Origin: a bacterium
GTDB lineage: Bacteria; SZUA-182; DTGQ01; JAFGSM01
Reading direction: 5' to 3'
NCBI GenBank assembly: GCA_049472315.1
Contig: JBLIRN010000030.1
Coordinates: 1-37,713, forward strand
Length of the DNA: 37,713 bases
Of this stretch, positions 29,899 through 37,713 are shown piece after piece. Each line of letters starts with the position of its first letter. Within the stretch, counting starts at the first letter, position 1. The notes below the pieces were generated by a model. It was not told where the DNA came from and searched no databases. It saw only the letters and a program-made list of their open reading frames with translations. A program made the position numbers and the translations under genes.

Positions 29899-30542
29899 TC
29901 TTCTTCCCTCTCCAACTGCCTGACTCGCTCGAAGATCTTTTGAACCCTCTCGACCCGCTGCACCTCGACGGGGAGCAATTTGATCTTGGATTTCAGGAGC
30001 ATGATGGGGGCCTTGAGGAAATTTGCGAACAGGTAGCCGCTGTTGATGTTATAGTTATAGATGAGGCTCGGTTCGAAAACGCGTCCATAATAATGTATGC
30101 TATCCAGAAATATCTGGTTAAAACACTTGAGGTTTGCCTCGGCATCCATCTGGAGCAGGGAGAGTGTCCCCTCTTTTGCACGTTGCCAGATGTCCCTTAC
30201 CATGCGTCTCCAGTCACTGGTATCCTCAAGACACTCCTGCTGTGCAATAATTCGTATGCTGTCCATTACCTTTGCAAGGTCGATCAGTTGGGGACATCTG
30301 AGGGTGCATGTCTGGCATGACGCGCAGATCCAAATGGTCTTGCTTGCCAGAACCCTCTCCTTGATTCCGAGTTGCACCAGACGGATGATCTGATTGGGTG
30401 CAAGGTCCATCTCCTTGCACAGGGGACATCCTGCGGAGCATTTGCCGCACTGGTAACAGGAGGAGACCCTCTGGCCGCTCATCGTCTCAATTCGGGTGAG
30501 AAAACCCTGATCGCAGGTGTCCTGATTCAAAATCCACTTCAT
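29895..30542 (-). CDS. hdrC: heterodisulfide reductase subunit C
   Basis: CYQCGKCSAGCP and WICASCQTCTLRCP motifs; AAGGAGG RBS. Confidence 0.92.
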   Translation of the reverse strand: MKWILNQDTCDQGFLTRIETMSGQRVSSCYQCGKCSAGCPLCKEMDLAPNQIIRLVQLGIKERVLASKTIWICASCQTCTLRCPQLIDLAKVMDSIRIIAQQECLEDTSDWRRMVRDIWQRAKEGTLSLLQMDAEANLKCFNQIFLDSIHYYGRVFEPSLIYNYNINSGYLFANFLKAPIMLLKSKIKLLPVEVQRVERVQKIFERVRQLEREEE

Positions 30543-30554
30543 TGCACAACCTCC

Positions 30555-33500
30555 TTAGTTGTCCCTCAGACTCCCAGCCTTCTCCAACAAGGAGAGACAC
30601 TGCTTGAAATCCTTTTCGATGCTGCTCAACAAGTCGAGCGTATAGAGATAGTTATGCACACCGCGACTGCCATCGGTTTGGACAAACAGAAGGTTTGCCT
30701 CCGCCTTCCGGTAAAGCGGGAGAATGGCGGTGTTATGGGATGAAGGGGCCTTCTCCTCCAGTTGTTGTATCGGATTTTCCAGCCTTTTTCTTAACGCCAT
30801 AACCCCTTCCAGGTTTTGCCGGATTTCCGCCTGCCATTCCTCGGCGAGTTCGGTATATCCCAATCCCTCTCCGTGGCAGTCATCACATGCCTTGATGTTC
30901 GCCTTCGTGGTCTCGAAGGACACCCCGCCGATGGTAATGGTCTGGGTGTATTTGTGACATCCCTGGCAGGAGACCTTGGCCGAAAACATCGGGTCAGGGT
31001 CCCCGGTAATCCCTATGCCCCCGATGCCCAGGTACATCTTTTCGGCGATCGTGTGGGATGACTTATGGCACTCGTTGCAATCCCACTTGATCTGCTGGGA
31101 CATGGCCTTCATCCCGTGCTTTATATCCAGATGGCACTCGAAGCATTCAACCTTTCGGTTGGTAATGTGCTCGAGATGAAGAAATTCCGGATCGCTCAGA
31201 TCGGGATTCTGCTCCATGTGGCAGGAAAAGCAGCGCTCCATGGGGACTTCGCCTTCCCCCTGGGTAACCCCGGCATGGCAGTCGATACAAATGGAATCGG
31301 GTTTCCCTTCCAGGAACGAACGGTGATCGAATTCCACCCCGTGATAGAGCACCGGTTCGGAGGGATTGTCATGACAGATCATGCATCGTCCGATCCCCAC
31401 CCCCTGCCTGTTCCTGCCCTTGAAATGACAGGTAAAGCAGATCGATTCGGTGACCGTGATGTGCTCACCCTGTACGATCTGCGAATGACAGGTGGTGCAG
31501 CGAAGCAGTTTTCCCCTCCGGAGATTCTTGAGGTGGTGATAGTGATTAAATTTGATGTCGTTTTTAAACGTAATCTCGCTATGAAGCTCCATGCGGTCAT
31601 GGCATCCGCTTCGCAGGCAGCTCACGTCGCTTATCTCTGAATTTGGCTTGATGGCATAGGTTTTGGTGACATATTTGACCACGGATACCAGTCCGTTGAT
31701 CTTTCCCTGAACGACCGGTCTCAGTCCCGGTTCGTAATGACAGTCAACACAATTGACATTCTTGTGGCTGGAATGCTCCCATGCCTCCGCATAGGGTTCC
31801 ATGAAATGGCATTTGGTGCAGAATCCGGGGAAGTTGGCAAGTTGGAGGGAATAGAGGAACGCGAACACGATCACGATGATTGCCCCGAAGGAGCCATAGA
31901 AGAGCACCGCCTTCCAGTTGATCGCCCTGAACATGTAACGTGGTCCCCGGAAATTAAGGATACGCTTGAATACCGGGAGAAAGAAGAAGATCCCGATGAA
32001 GATCAGGGCATAGATCGAGTAGACCACCAGATCGATGACGAATTTATTCTTTGTGGCAACGACTGAATTGTATGCGGAGAGCCCGAGACACAGCGTGGTG
32101 AGGAAGATGTAGAGGTCTTTCTTGAGGACCAGGGATAGGAGCATGAACAGCACGGCGCTGACGATCAGGATCACCTGGGTGGTCCATACAAAGCCTTGGG
32201 AGAGTGACAGGAGTGTGGTGATAAGGGAGACGATCACCGCGGCATCGAGCAGGGGGAGTGACCATGTCTCCTTTTTACGCCTCCAGCACCAGTAGCCGAT
32301 GGCTGACAGGGGTATCATGATGAGGCTGAAGAGTTGAAGGTGTCTTTCCGGCTGTATGGTTGATGGGATACCCAGTATTTCGAAATATATCAGCGAGCCG
32401 AAGCCGATGCCCAGGAATATGAGATCGTAGGTCCGGTAAAGCATCGCGAGCAGGCAATAGATCACTGCATAGAGCGTGAATGCGGTGATGGCCACTCCGG
32501 CACGTGCCGTGGAGAGGTTAGACATGAGCATGAGGGTAACAACGATGGCCGTTGCATGTCCGACCCGCTTGAGCGGAAGGCCGGCGCCTTTTTGGTAGCG
32601 CATATCCATGGCGACCCAGATGCCGTAAATGAGTGCGACCAGGGGCACCGATCCCAGACAGGCAAGGTCCCAGGGAAGACCATGGAGGAAGGCGAGAAAG
32701 TAACTGACTGTGCCTGCCACGGCAACGGGATAGAGGAGCCTTTCCCTTCTGGTATACAGATAGATCATCAGATATGGCACACCGATGATGAGGAAGACAT
32801 GGAGCGTTGCCTGCGGGGCGAAGAACAGGAGGATGGCGAGTGCGGCTGCAAGGGTCAGGGTATGTCCGGCGGTGGTAAAGTATGACGCATGGTGTTCCGA
32901 AGGGAGCCTGGCAAAGGTGCCCACCAGGAGGTAGAGGATTCCCCAAAGGGCCAGACTGTACCCCATTGTAACATGAAAACAGTCAAGGGTGACCAGTGCA
33001 CAGAAACTGAGGGTATAAAACCAGAGGAAAAAGATCCCCTGCCATCGGGATGATTTTTTGGCAAGCCAGATTGCAAAGGACACGATAATGATCCCTGGAA
33101 TGATGAAGGCCGGGCTGATGAAGTGTGCCGGAACAAATGCCTCCTGAAGTGCCAGATAGTAGAGATAGGTCAGGGTCAGGGGGAGGGCATAGAGAAATCC
33201 CCACCAATGTTTCATAAGGTACATCGCGAGACAGGTGAGCAGGAAGGCGCTGTCGAGCACCAACAGAACGGTGATATTTTGTGTTATAAAAAACAATGGC
33301 ATAGCAAGGCATACAGCCATGACCGCATAATGCACCCAATGGAACGCCCTTCCCAATTGGTGTCGTTCCATTTGTATATAGATATGCCCCATGGCGAGCA
33401 GGAGCCACGCGAGAGGGATGCACAGAAGCAGGGCCCATGGATGGATGGTTGGATCCATGAGGAGAAACAGGCCGGTAAGGTATGCAATGGTGAGAAACAT

Positions 33501-34520
33501 GGTACCGGTAATGACAAAGAACAGGTCCCTTCCCCTCCAGGAATCACGATGATCGTGAGCGATCTTGAAATAGAGGAATGCGAAGATGAGGCAGGTTCCG
33601 ACGACCGTGAAGGTTATGGGGAAATGCTGTTGGATGATGAGGGCAAGGCAGACAAGGGTCAAGGGATATACCATGATAGTGAATATGCGGCATGTGGTAT
33701 CCCTTGCAACGGTCGCTTGCTCTATTGTTTTGATTTCATAACGGATTTCCCAGAAGTGGAGCGCATAGAAGGCCTGGAGCGCAAGGAGGATCTCCGGATT
33801 GTGCACTGAGTAGAGCGGGCCGAAGGCAAGACCGAAGAATCCTACCCAATAGAATGGTCGCGCATCCCCGAAGCCTGCCCTCCTGTGGATAAGGGTGCCG
33901 ATGTGCATCATGCTGACAAAGAAGGCCATGAGATAGATGCTGTAGTGTCCCAGGGGGATTCGGTTGATTGAATACAAGGCGAAGAGAAATGCAAGCGATG
34001 CATTGAGCAGTGACCAGTAGCGAAAACGCCCCCTTTTGTCAATGAGGCTTTGGATGCCGATCCCCACCGCATAGGAACCAAAGGTGATCATCGGAACAAG
34101 TTGGTCTGCCTGGACATAATGATTCGCCTTACTCAGCAGGTACATGGTGAAGAAGACGATCAATCCGTATGCGCCATGTCTGAAAGGGGCGGAGAGGATT
34201 TTTTTCGTCTGATACTTGAAGGCGGCCCACAAGAATATACCGACCAGGATGACCGAGAGGAGCGGAGCATGAATGGGATAGGGATGCAGGTGATATGCGC
34301 CAAGGTAGTAAGCAAGGGTGAAAAGGGCCACCGAGGGATAGATAAAGAACGAGGAATCGAGCGTCAGCCCTATGACGAGATAGAGAATGGAAAAGAGAAG
34401 CAGAATCGGCGCGCTCACCAGGGGATTTGCAATCAGGAATCCTTTGCTGCTCCAAAGGAGAAGAATGACAAGGAGAAGGCTCAAAAAGTGGGCGATGCTT
34501 CTGACATTGAGTCTTATCAT
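30555..34520 (-). CDS. very large polytopic membrane protein fused to a NapC/NirT-like multiheme cytochrome c (11 CxxCH + 1 CxxxxCH)
   Basis: About 890 aa of consecutive hydrophobic segments, then FCTKCHFMEPY..W..SSHKNVNCVDCH (NapC/NrfH-like), CLRSGCH, CTTCH, CFTCH, CMICH, CIDCH, CFSCH, CFECH, CNECH, CQGCH, CDDCH, and a helical tail with DGSRGVHN. Confidence 0.88.
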   Translation of the reverse strand: MIRLNVRSIAHFLSLLLVILLLWSSKGFLIANPLVSAPILLLFSILYLVIGLTLDSSFFIYPSVALFTLAYYLGAYHLHPYPIHAPLLSVILVGIFLWAAFKYQTKKILSAPFRHGAYGLIVFFTMYLLSKANHYVQADQLVPMITFGSYAVGIGIQSLIDKRGRFRYWSLLNASLAFLFALYSINRIPLGHYSIYLMAFFVSMMHIGTLIHRRAGFGDARPFYWVGFFGLAFGPLYSVHNPEILLALQAFYALHFWEIRYEIKTIEQATVARDTTCRIFTIMVYPLTLVCLALIIQQHFPITFTVVGTCLIFAFLYFKIAHDHRDSWRGRDLFFVITGTMFLTIAYLTGLFLLMDPTIHPWALLLCIPLAWLLLAMGHIYIQMERHQLGRAFHWVHYAVMAVCLAMPLFFITQNITVLLVLDSAFLLTCLAMYLMKHWWGFLYALPLTLTYLYYLALQEAFVPAHFISPAFIIPGIIIVSFAIWLAKKSSRWQGIFFLWFYTLSFCALVTLDCFHVTMGYSLALWGILYLLVGTFARLPSEHHASYFTTAGHTLTLAAALAILLFFAPQATLHVFLIIGVPYLMIYLYTRRERLLYPVAVAGTVSYFLAFLHGLPWDLACLGSVPLVALIYGIWVAMDMRYQKGAGLPLKRVGHATAIVVTLMLMSNLSTARAGVAITAFTLYAVIYCLLAMLYRTYDLIFLGIGFGSLIYFEILGIPSTIQPERHLQLFSLIMIPLSAIGYWCWRRKKETWSLPLLDAAVIVSLITTLLSLSQGFVWTTQVILIVSAVLFMLLSLVLKKDLYIFLTTLCLGLSAYNSVVATKNKFVIDLVVYSIYALIFIGIFFFLPVFKRILNFRGPRYMFRAINWKAVLFYGSFGAIIVIVFAFLYSLQLANFPGFCTKCHFMEPYAEAWEHSSHKNVNCVDCHYEPGLRPVVQGKINGLVSVVKYVTKTYAIKPNSEISDVSCLRSGCHDRMELHSEITFKNDIKFNHYHHLKNLRRGKLLRCTTCHSQIVQGEHITVTESICFTCHFKGRNRQGVGIGRCMICHDNPSEPVLYHGVEFDHRSFLEGKPDSICIDCHAGVTQGEGEVPMERCFSCHMEQNPDLSDPEFLHLEHITNRKVECFECHLDIKHGMKAMSQQIKWDCNECHKSSHTIAEKMYLGIGGIGITGDPDPMFSAKVSCQGCHKYTQTITIGGVSFETTKANIKACDDCHGEGLGYTELAEEWQAEIRQNLEGVMALRKRLENPIQQLEEKAPSSHNTAILPLYRKAEANLLFVQTDGSRGVHNYLYTLDLLSSIEKDFKQCLSLLEKAGSLRDN

Positions 34521-34540
34521 GATTTCCGTCCTTACGTTGC

Positions 34541-34572
34541 CACGTTAACTAACCTTGCACGTTAACCAACCT
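34541..34572. repeat. direct repeat with 17-bp period in the operon leader
   Basis: CACGTTAACTAACCT (34541-34555) and CACGTTAACCAACCT (34558-34572), 14/15 identical, each containing the palindrome GTTAAC. Confidence 0.75.
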
Positions 34573-34674
34573 CGAATAACTCCTTGCGGGTAAACGATAT
34601 CGACCTCCTTATAGAACTTCGCCTGTTACTATTACCATCGGTATTACAGTGTTATATTGTCGAATGTAAGGTTG

Positions 34675-34690
34675 AGCAATTACAATGCCA
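34675..34690 (-). promoter_or_regulatory. sigma54 (-24/-12) promoter of the cytochrome-hdr-flx operon
   Basis: Minus strand TGGCATTGTAATTGCT is near-consensus TGGCAC-N5-TTGCW with exact GG-N10-GC spacing, about 155 nt upstream of ATG 34520, with AT-rich DNA further upstream. Confidence 0.75.
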
Positions 34691-34924
34691 TTGGAGCGCG
34701 GGATCGATTTTTGAAAATAGCATGGGTATGGTTCTCAAGAACTATATATTTAACAAGAGGTTAAATTAATTGGCCACTGTGCGGCCCGGTGACCTGTACG
34801 TTGGTGGTTGTGTGATGGAGAGAAAAAATATGATCGGTTGGGTATAAAAATTACGCAAGTATTTCTGATGCCCGGTAACGAAGGTTGCCTTACTCCGGTA
34901 TCCCGTTTGTTGCCGGAAAAAGAG

Positions 34925-34952
34925 AAAGGGGTACCGGATCCGGTACCCCTTT
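34925..34952. terminator. perfect 28-bp palindrome, likely an intrinsic (possibly bidirectional) terminator
   Basis: AAAGGGGTACCGGATCCGGTACCCCTTT is its own reverse complement, with U-rich tails possible on both strands. Confidence 0.7.
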
Positions 34953-35168
34953 TGGAGGAGATAGTGCCTTAAAAGAAATACGTAGGGGAAGCCTTTAAGA
35001 AAAAGCTCTTATTGTTAAACAAATATCTAAGTGTAACAGGTTATAGATATATAATATGTTGGATTTAGATTTAAAAAAGGGCCCCTTTCAGGGTCTGCCT
35101 GGGAAGAGGTCATGAAAAGAATTAATTTTTTACAATTCCCCTTACCGAATGCCTCCCTTAAAAGAGCA

Positions 35169-35246
35169 TTACGCCCGGTTGCAGAGTAGAACACACAGAA
35201 CGCTCAGGCTGCCAAGGACCGGAACCCACACCAATTGATACAACAT
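35169..35246 (-). CDS. unannotated 25-aa hydrophobic peptide MLYQLVWVPVLGSLSVLCVLLCNRA
   Basis: ATG...TAA read by hand; GAAAGGGGG RBS-like run 7 nt upstream; single TM-like composition; below the ORF-track length cutoff. Confidence 0.5.
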   Translation of the reverse strand: MLYQLVWVPVLGSLSVLCVLLCNRA

Positions 35247-35358
35247 TTGGAAACCCCCTTTCACAGAGTCCTTATTAAGAGATTGAGAGTTGTTAAGAGC
35301 GATGTATTAATAGCCTCAGGTATAGTTTGGTCATTGTTGGGATTTGTTCAATTATAAG

Positions 35359-35374
35359 TGCATTTCGTATGCCC
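35359..35374 (-). promoter_or_regulatory. possible sigma54-like promoter upstream of the small ORF
   Basis: Minus strand GGGCATACGAAATGCA has GG-N10-GC spacing but is a weaker consensus match. Confidence 0.35.
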
Positions 35375-35681
35375 ATTGAGGTGCAATACTGTAACTAATT
35401 GATATTAAAAATAAAAAAGATTTATCCCCGTGCGGGAAACTGGGCAAATATTGCGCGATGATGCAATAAGGAGGGCATAACACTAAAACATTGCAACACC
35501 ATACACCTTGTTCACTCCTGCACCACAGAAGGCTTTCGGCATCTTTTTTGGGGTGTCATGGTTGTCAGCCATTCCAAGGGATTCGGCTGGGAAAGGAAAT
35601 GGTCATGATCCGAACATCGGTCACATCCAATCCGGGGAAGGGCAGGACTCTATGCAACAGGTCTGAGTGTGGGTATTCTCT

Positions 35682-36746
35682 TTAACGTGCGAACAGGCAT
35701 ATTGCGTTGGCTATCTCATAGAGGGGAAGCATCCGGTCGACGCACCCGGTGAGGTACGCGGCCCTTGGCATGCCATACACGACACACGTCTCCTCGTTCT
35801 GGGCGACGATGGTTCCTCCCTGCTGCTTCATGGCCCTGATCCCATCTGAACCGTCATGTCCCATCCCGGTCATCACCACACCCATCATCCTTCCCTGCCA
35901 GGTCTGCGCGATCGATTCCATCATGACATCAACGGATGGGCAATGGGGCATATCCCGAGGTTCCTTGCTCAAGACCACATGGTAGCGGTTCAATGATCGC
36001 CTGAGCTTGAGATGATACCCGCTGGGCGCGATATAGATGGTCCCCGGACAAAGCGGATCGTCCTCCTCCGCCTCCTTCACCTCCATGGGGCATTGGTTGT
36101 TCATGCGCTGGGCAAGGGAACTGGTGAATCCGAGGGGCATGTGCTGGACCACCAGGATGGTGCCGGGAAAGTTGGCAGGAAGCGGGGTGAGAACCTTCTC
36201 CAGGGACATGGGCCCCCCCGTGGAGGTACCTATGGCCACCAGGAGGGCGGGGTTTTCATCCCGGGTCACACTGAGGGCGGAAAGGGTGGCCGGCGATACC
36301 GGCCTGGGTTCCGGTGTGGATTCCACAACCTTTTTCATGTCCACTCCCGCAATCACCTTGACCTTCTGGATGAGGGATGAGGCTATGTCGGCAATGTCCA
36401 TGGCGGTATGACAGGAGGACTTGTCGATGAAATCCACGGCGCCCATCTCCAGCGCCTTGAGGGTAACGGCGCCTCCCTCGCTTGTCAGGGAACTGACCAT
36501 GAGAACGGGGACGGGATGCTCCCGCATGATGCGTTCAAGGGCCTGGAGGCCGTCCATGTCCGGCATCTTCACATCCAGGGTCACCACATCCGGATTGAGC
36601 CCCTTGACCATTTGGATTGCCTCGTATCCGTCACGCGCCTCTCCGATAACCTTGATTGCCGTGTCGGAACCCAGCATCCGCTTCATGGCCTTCCGGATGA
36701 AGGCCGAATCATCAACGATCAATACGTTTATTCTTCGCGGAGACAT
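35682..36746 (-). CDS. cheB: chemotaxis response regulator protein-glutamate methylesterase
   Basis: Receiver domain VLIVDDS...TLDVKMP; methylesterase motifs GTSTGGP, VQHMP, PSVDVM, MTGMGHDG and VVYGMP. Confidence 0.96.
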   Translation of the reverse strand: MSPRRINVLIVDDSAFIRKAMKRMLGSDTAIKVIGEARDGYEAIQMVKGLNPDVVTLDVKMPDMDGLQALERIMREHPVPVLMVSSLTSEGGAVTLKALEMGAVDFIDKSSCHTAMDIADIASSLIQKVKVIAGVDMKKVVESTPEPRPVSPATLSALSVTRDENPALLVAIGTSTGGPMSLEKVLTPLPANFPGTILVVQHMPLGFTSSLAQRMNNQCPMEVKEAEEDDPLCPGTIYIAPSGYHLKLRRSLNRYHVVLSKEPRDMPHCPSVDVMMESIAQTWQGRMMGVVMTGMGHDGSDGIRAMKQQGGTIVAQNEETCVVYGMPRAAYLTGCVDRMLPLYEIANAICLFAR

Positions 36747-36750
36747 ATCC

Positions 36751-37590
36751 TTAGCGTTCTTTCTTCTGGTAGATGAGGGTTTCAGGAAAACGTCGCGTTT
36801 CGAATTCGTCGAATATCCCGGTCAGGGTCTCCGAATGTCCGAGCAGGAGGTAGCCTCCGGGACGCAGGGCGTCATGGAGGTTTCCTATGGCAGCTTTCAT
36901 CTTTTCCTCGGAAAAATAGATAAGCACATTCCTGCACAGGATGATATCGAAATCCCTGACAGGGATAGGGGTGGTAATATTCCCGCACATAAACGAGACC
37001 ATCTTCCTTATATTCTCCTTGACCAAAAAATCGCCGGAGTTCGCTGTAAAATACCTCTTTTGATATGCCGGGTCGGTCATCCGGAATGACCGTTCGTAGT
37101 ATATCCCATGACTGGCTGATTCCAGAGCCCTTTCATTTATGTCCATGCCGGTGATGGTGATGTCCCACCCCCAGAAGAAGGAACCCGAATCATGGGTCAG
37201 CATGGCAAGGGTATATGCCTCCTCTCCGGAGGAGCACCCTGCCGAGAGAATCTTGAGCGTATTTTTATTTTTGGCGATGGCCTTCTCCTTCAATTCCGGC
37301 AGGAGGTGGTCTCGAAAGATGAGCAATTGCGGCAGCTCGCGGAAGAAATAGGTTTCGGTGTTGGTCAGCAGCGAGATCATCCGTAGGAGTTCCTCGTGTG
37401 CATGGGGGTCGTATTTGACGAAATTGATGTATTCGCTGAATGAACCGAATCCGAGGCTCGTCAAGCGGGTATAGAGTTTCATTTGGATGTACGAGCGTTT
37501 CTCGTCCTTGAAGAAGATCCCGAATCGTTCGTGGATGAGATCCTGAAGCAGGCGGAATTCCTTTTCAGTGATTTCGAACTCATACATCAT
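36751..37590 (-). CDS. cheR: chemotaxis protein-glutamate O-methyltransferase
   Basis: TNTETYFFRE, SAGCSSGEEAYTLAM, DIILCRNVLIYF and LRPGGYLLLGHSE motifs. Confidence 0.96.
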   Translation of the reverse strand: MMYEFEITEKEFRLLQDLIHERFGIFFKDEKRSYIQMKLYTRLTSLGFGSFSEYINFVKYDPHAHEELLRMISLLTNTETYFFRELPQLLIFRDHLLPELKEKAIAKNKNTLKILSAGCSSGEEAYTLAMLTHDSGSFFWGWDITITGMDINERALESASHGIYYERSFRMTDPAYQKRYFTANSGDFLVKENIRKMVSFMCGNITTPIPVRDFDIILCRNVLIYFSEEKMKAAIGNLHDALRPGGYLLLGHSETLTGIFDEFETRRFPETLIYQKKER

Positions 37591-37712
37591 CGCCTGCCTC
37601 CCAGTTTTTTCAGGGCAGCCGTGGCCTCCTTCCGTACCTCCTCGCTCGGGTCTTCCTTCCGGAGCCTGCGTAGGGCAGGGATTGCTCGCGGGTCCCCCAG
37701 GTTGCCGAGCGC
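37587..37712 (-). CDS. C-terminal fragment of a HEAT-repeat (PBS lyase-like) protein
   Basis: Hand translation ALGNLGDPRAIPALRRLRKEDPSEEVRKEATAALKKLGGRR*; its TGA overlaps the cheR ATG. Confidence 0.8.
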   Translation of the reverse strand, partial: ALGNLGDPRAIPALRRLRKEDPSEEVRKEATAALKKLGGRR

Positions 37713-37713
37713 C

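Noticed and set aside
35440..35490. c-di-GMP-I riboswitch-like GGGCAAA start
   Set aside because: It lacks the GAAA tetraloop, the ACGCAAA junction and the second hairpin.

Overview
Chromosomal window from a GC-rich anaerobic bacterium. Gene content (hdr-flx, selAB, paired pilT, CFI-tailed surface proteins, HEAT-cheR-cheB) suggests Desulfobacterota or a related lineage, but taxonomy is inference. Left to right: two tandem secreted thermolysin-like (M4) metallopeptidases with FN3 domains and short C-terminal CFI tails; a phosphoribosyltransferase; a CooC-type ATPase; queF; an AT-rich HEPN-MNT toxin-antitoxin pair; selA-selB-LysR; a 123-bp inverted-repeat element; a B12-binding radical SAM gene; a minus-strand Rieske-cytochrome b-nonaheme cytochrome c operon; two pilT-family ATPases. 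Next is a ~13-kb minus-strand operon with a sigma54-type promoter. It begins with a 1321-aa fusion of roughly 30 transmembrane helices to a NapC/NirT-type dodecaheme cytochrome, followed by hdrCBA-flxDCBA, a receiver protein and a heme-c sensor kinase. This operon is the best candidate for an undescribed system. The 1.1-kb AT-rich spacer beyond it holds an unannotated 25-aa hydrophobic ORF and a candidate sRNA. The window ends in a chemotaxis operon (HEAT-cheR-cheB). No CRISPR array, rRNA, tRNA or transposase was recognised.
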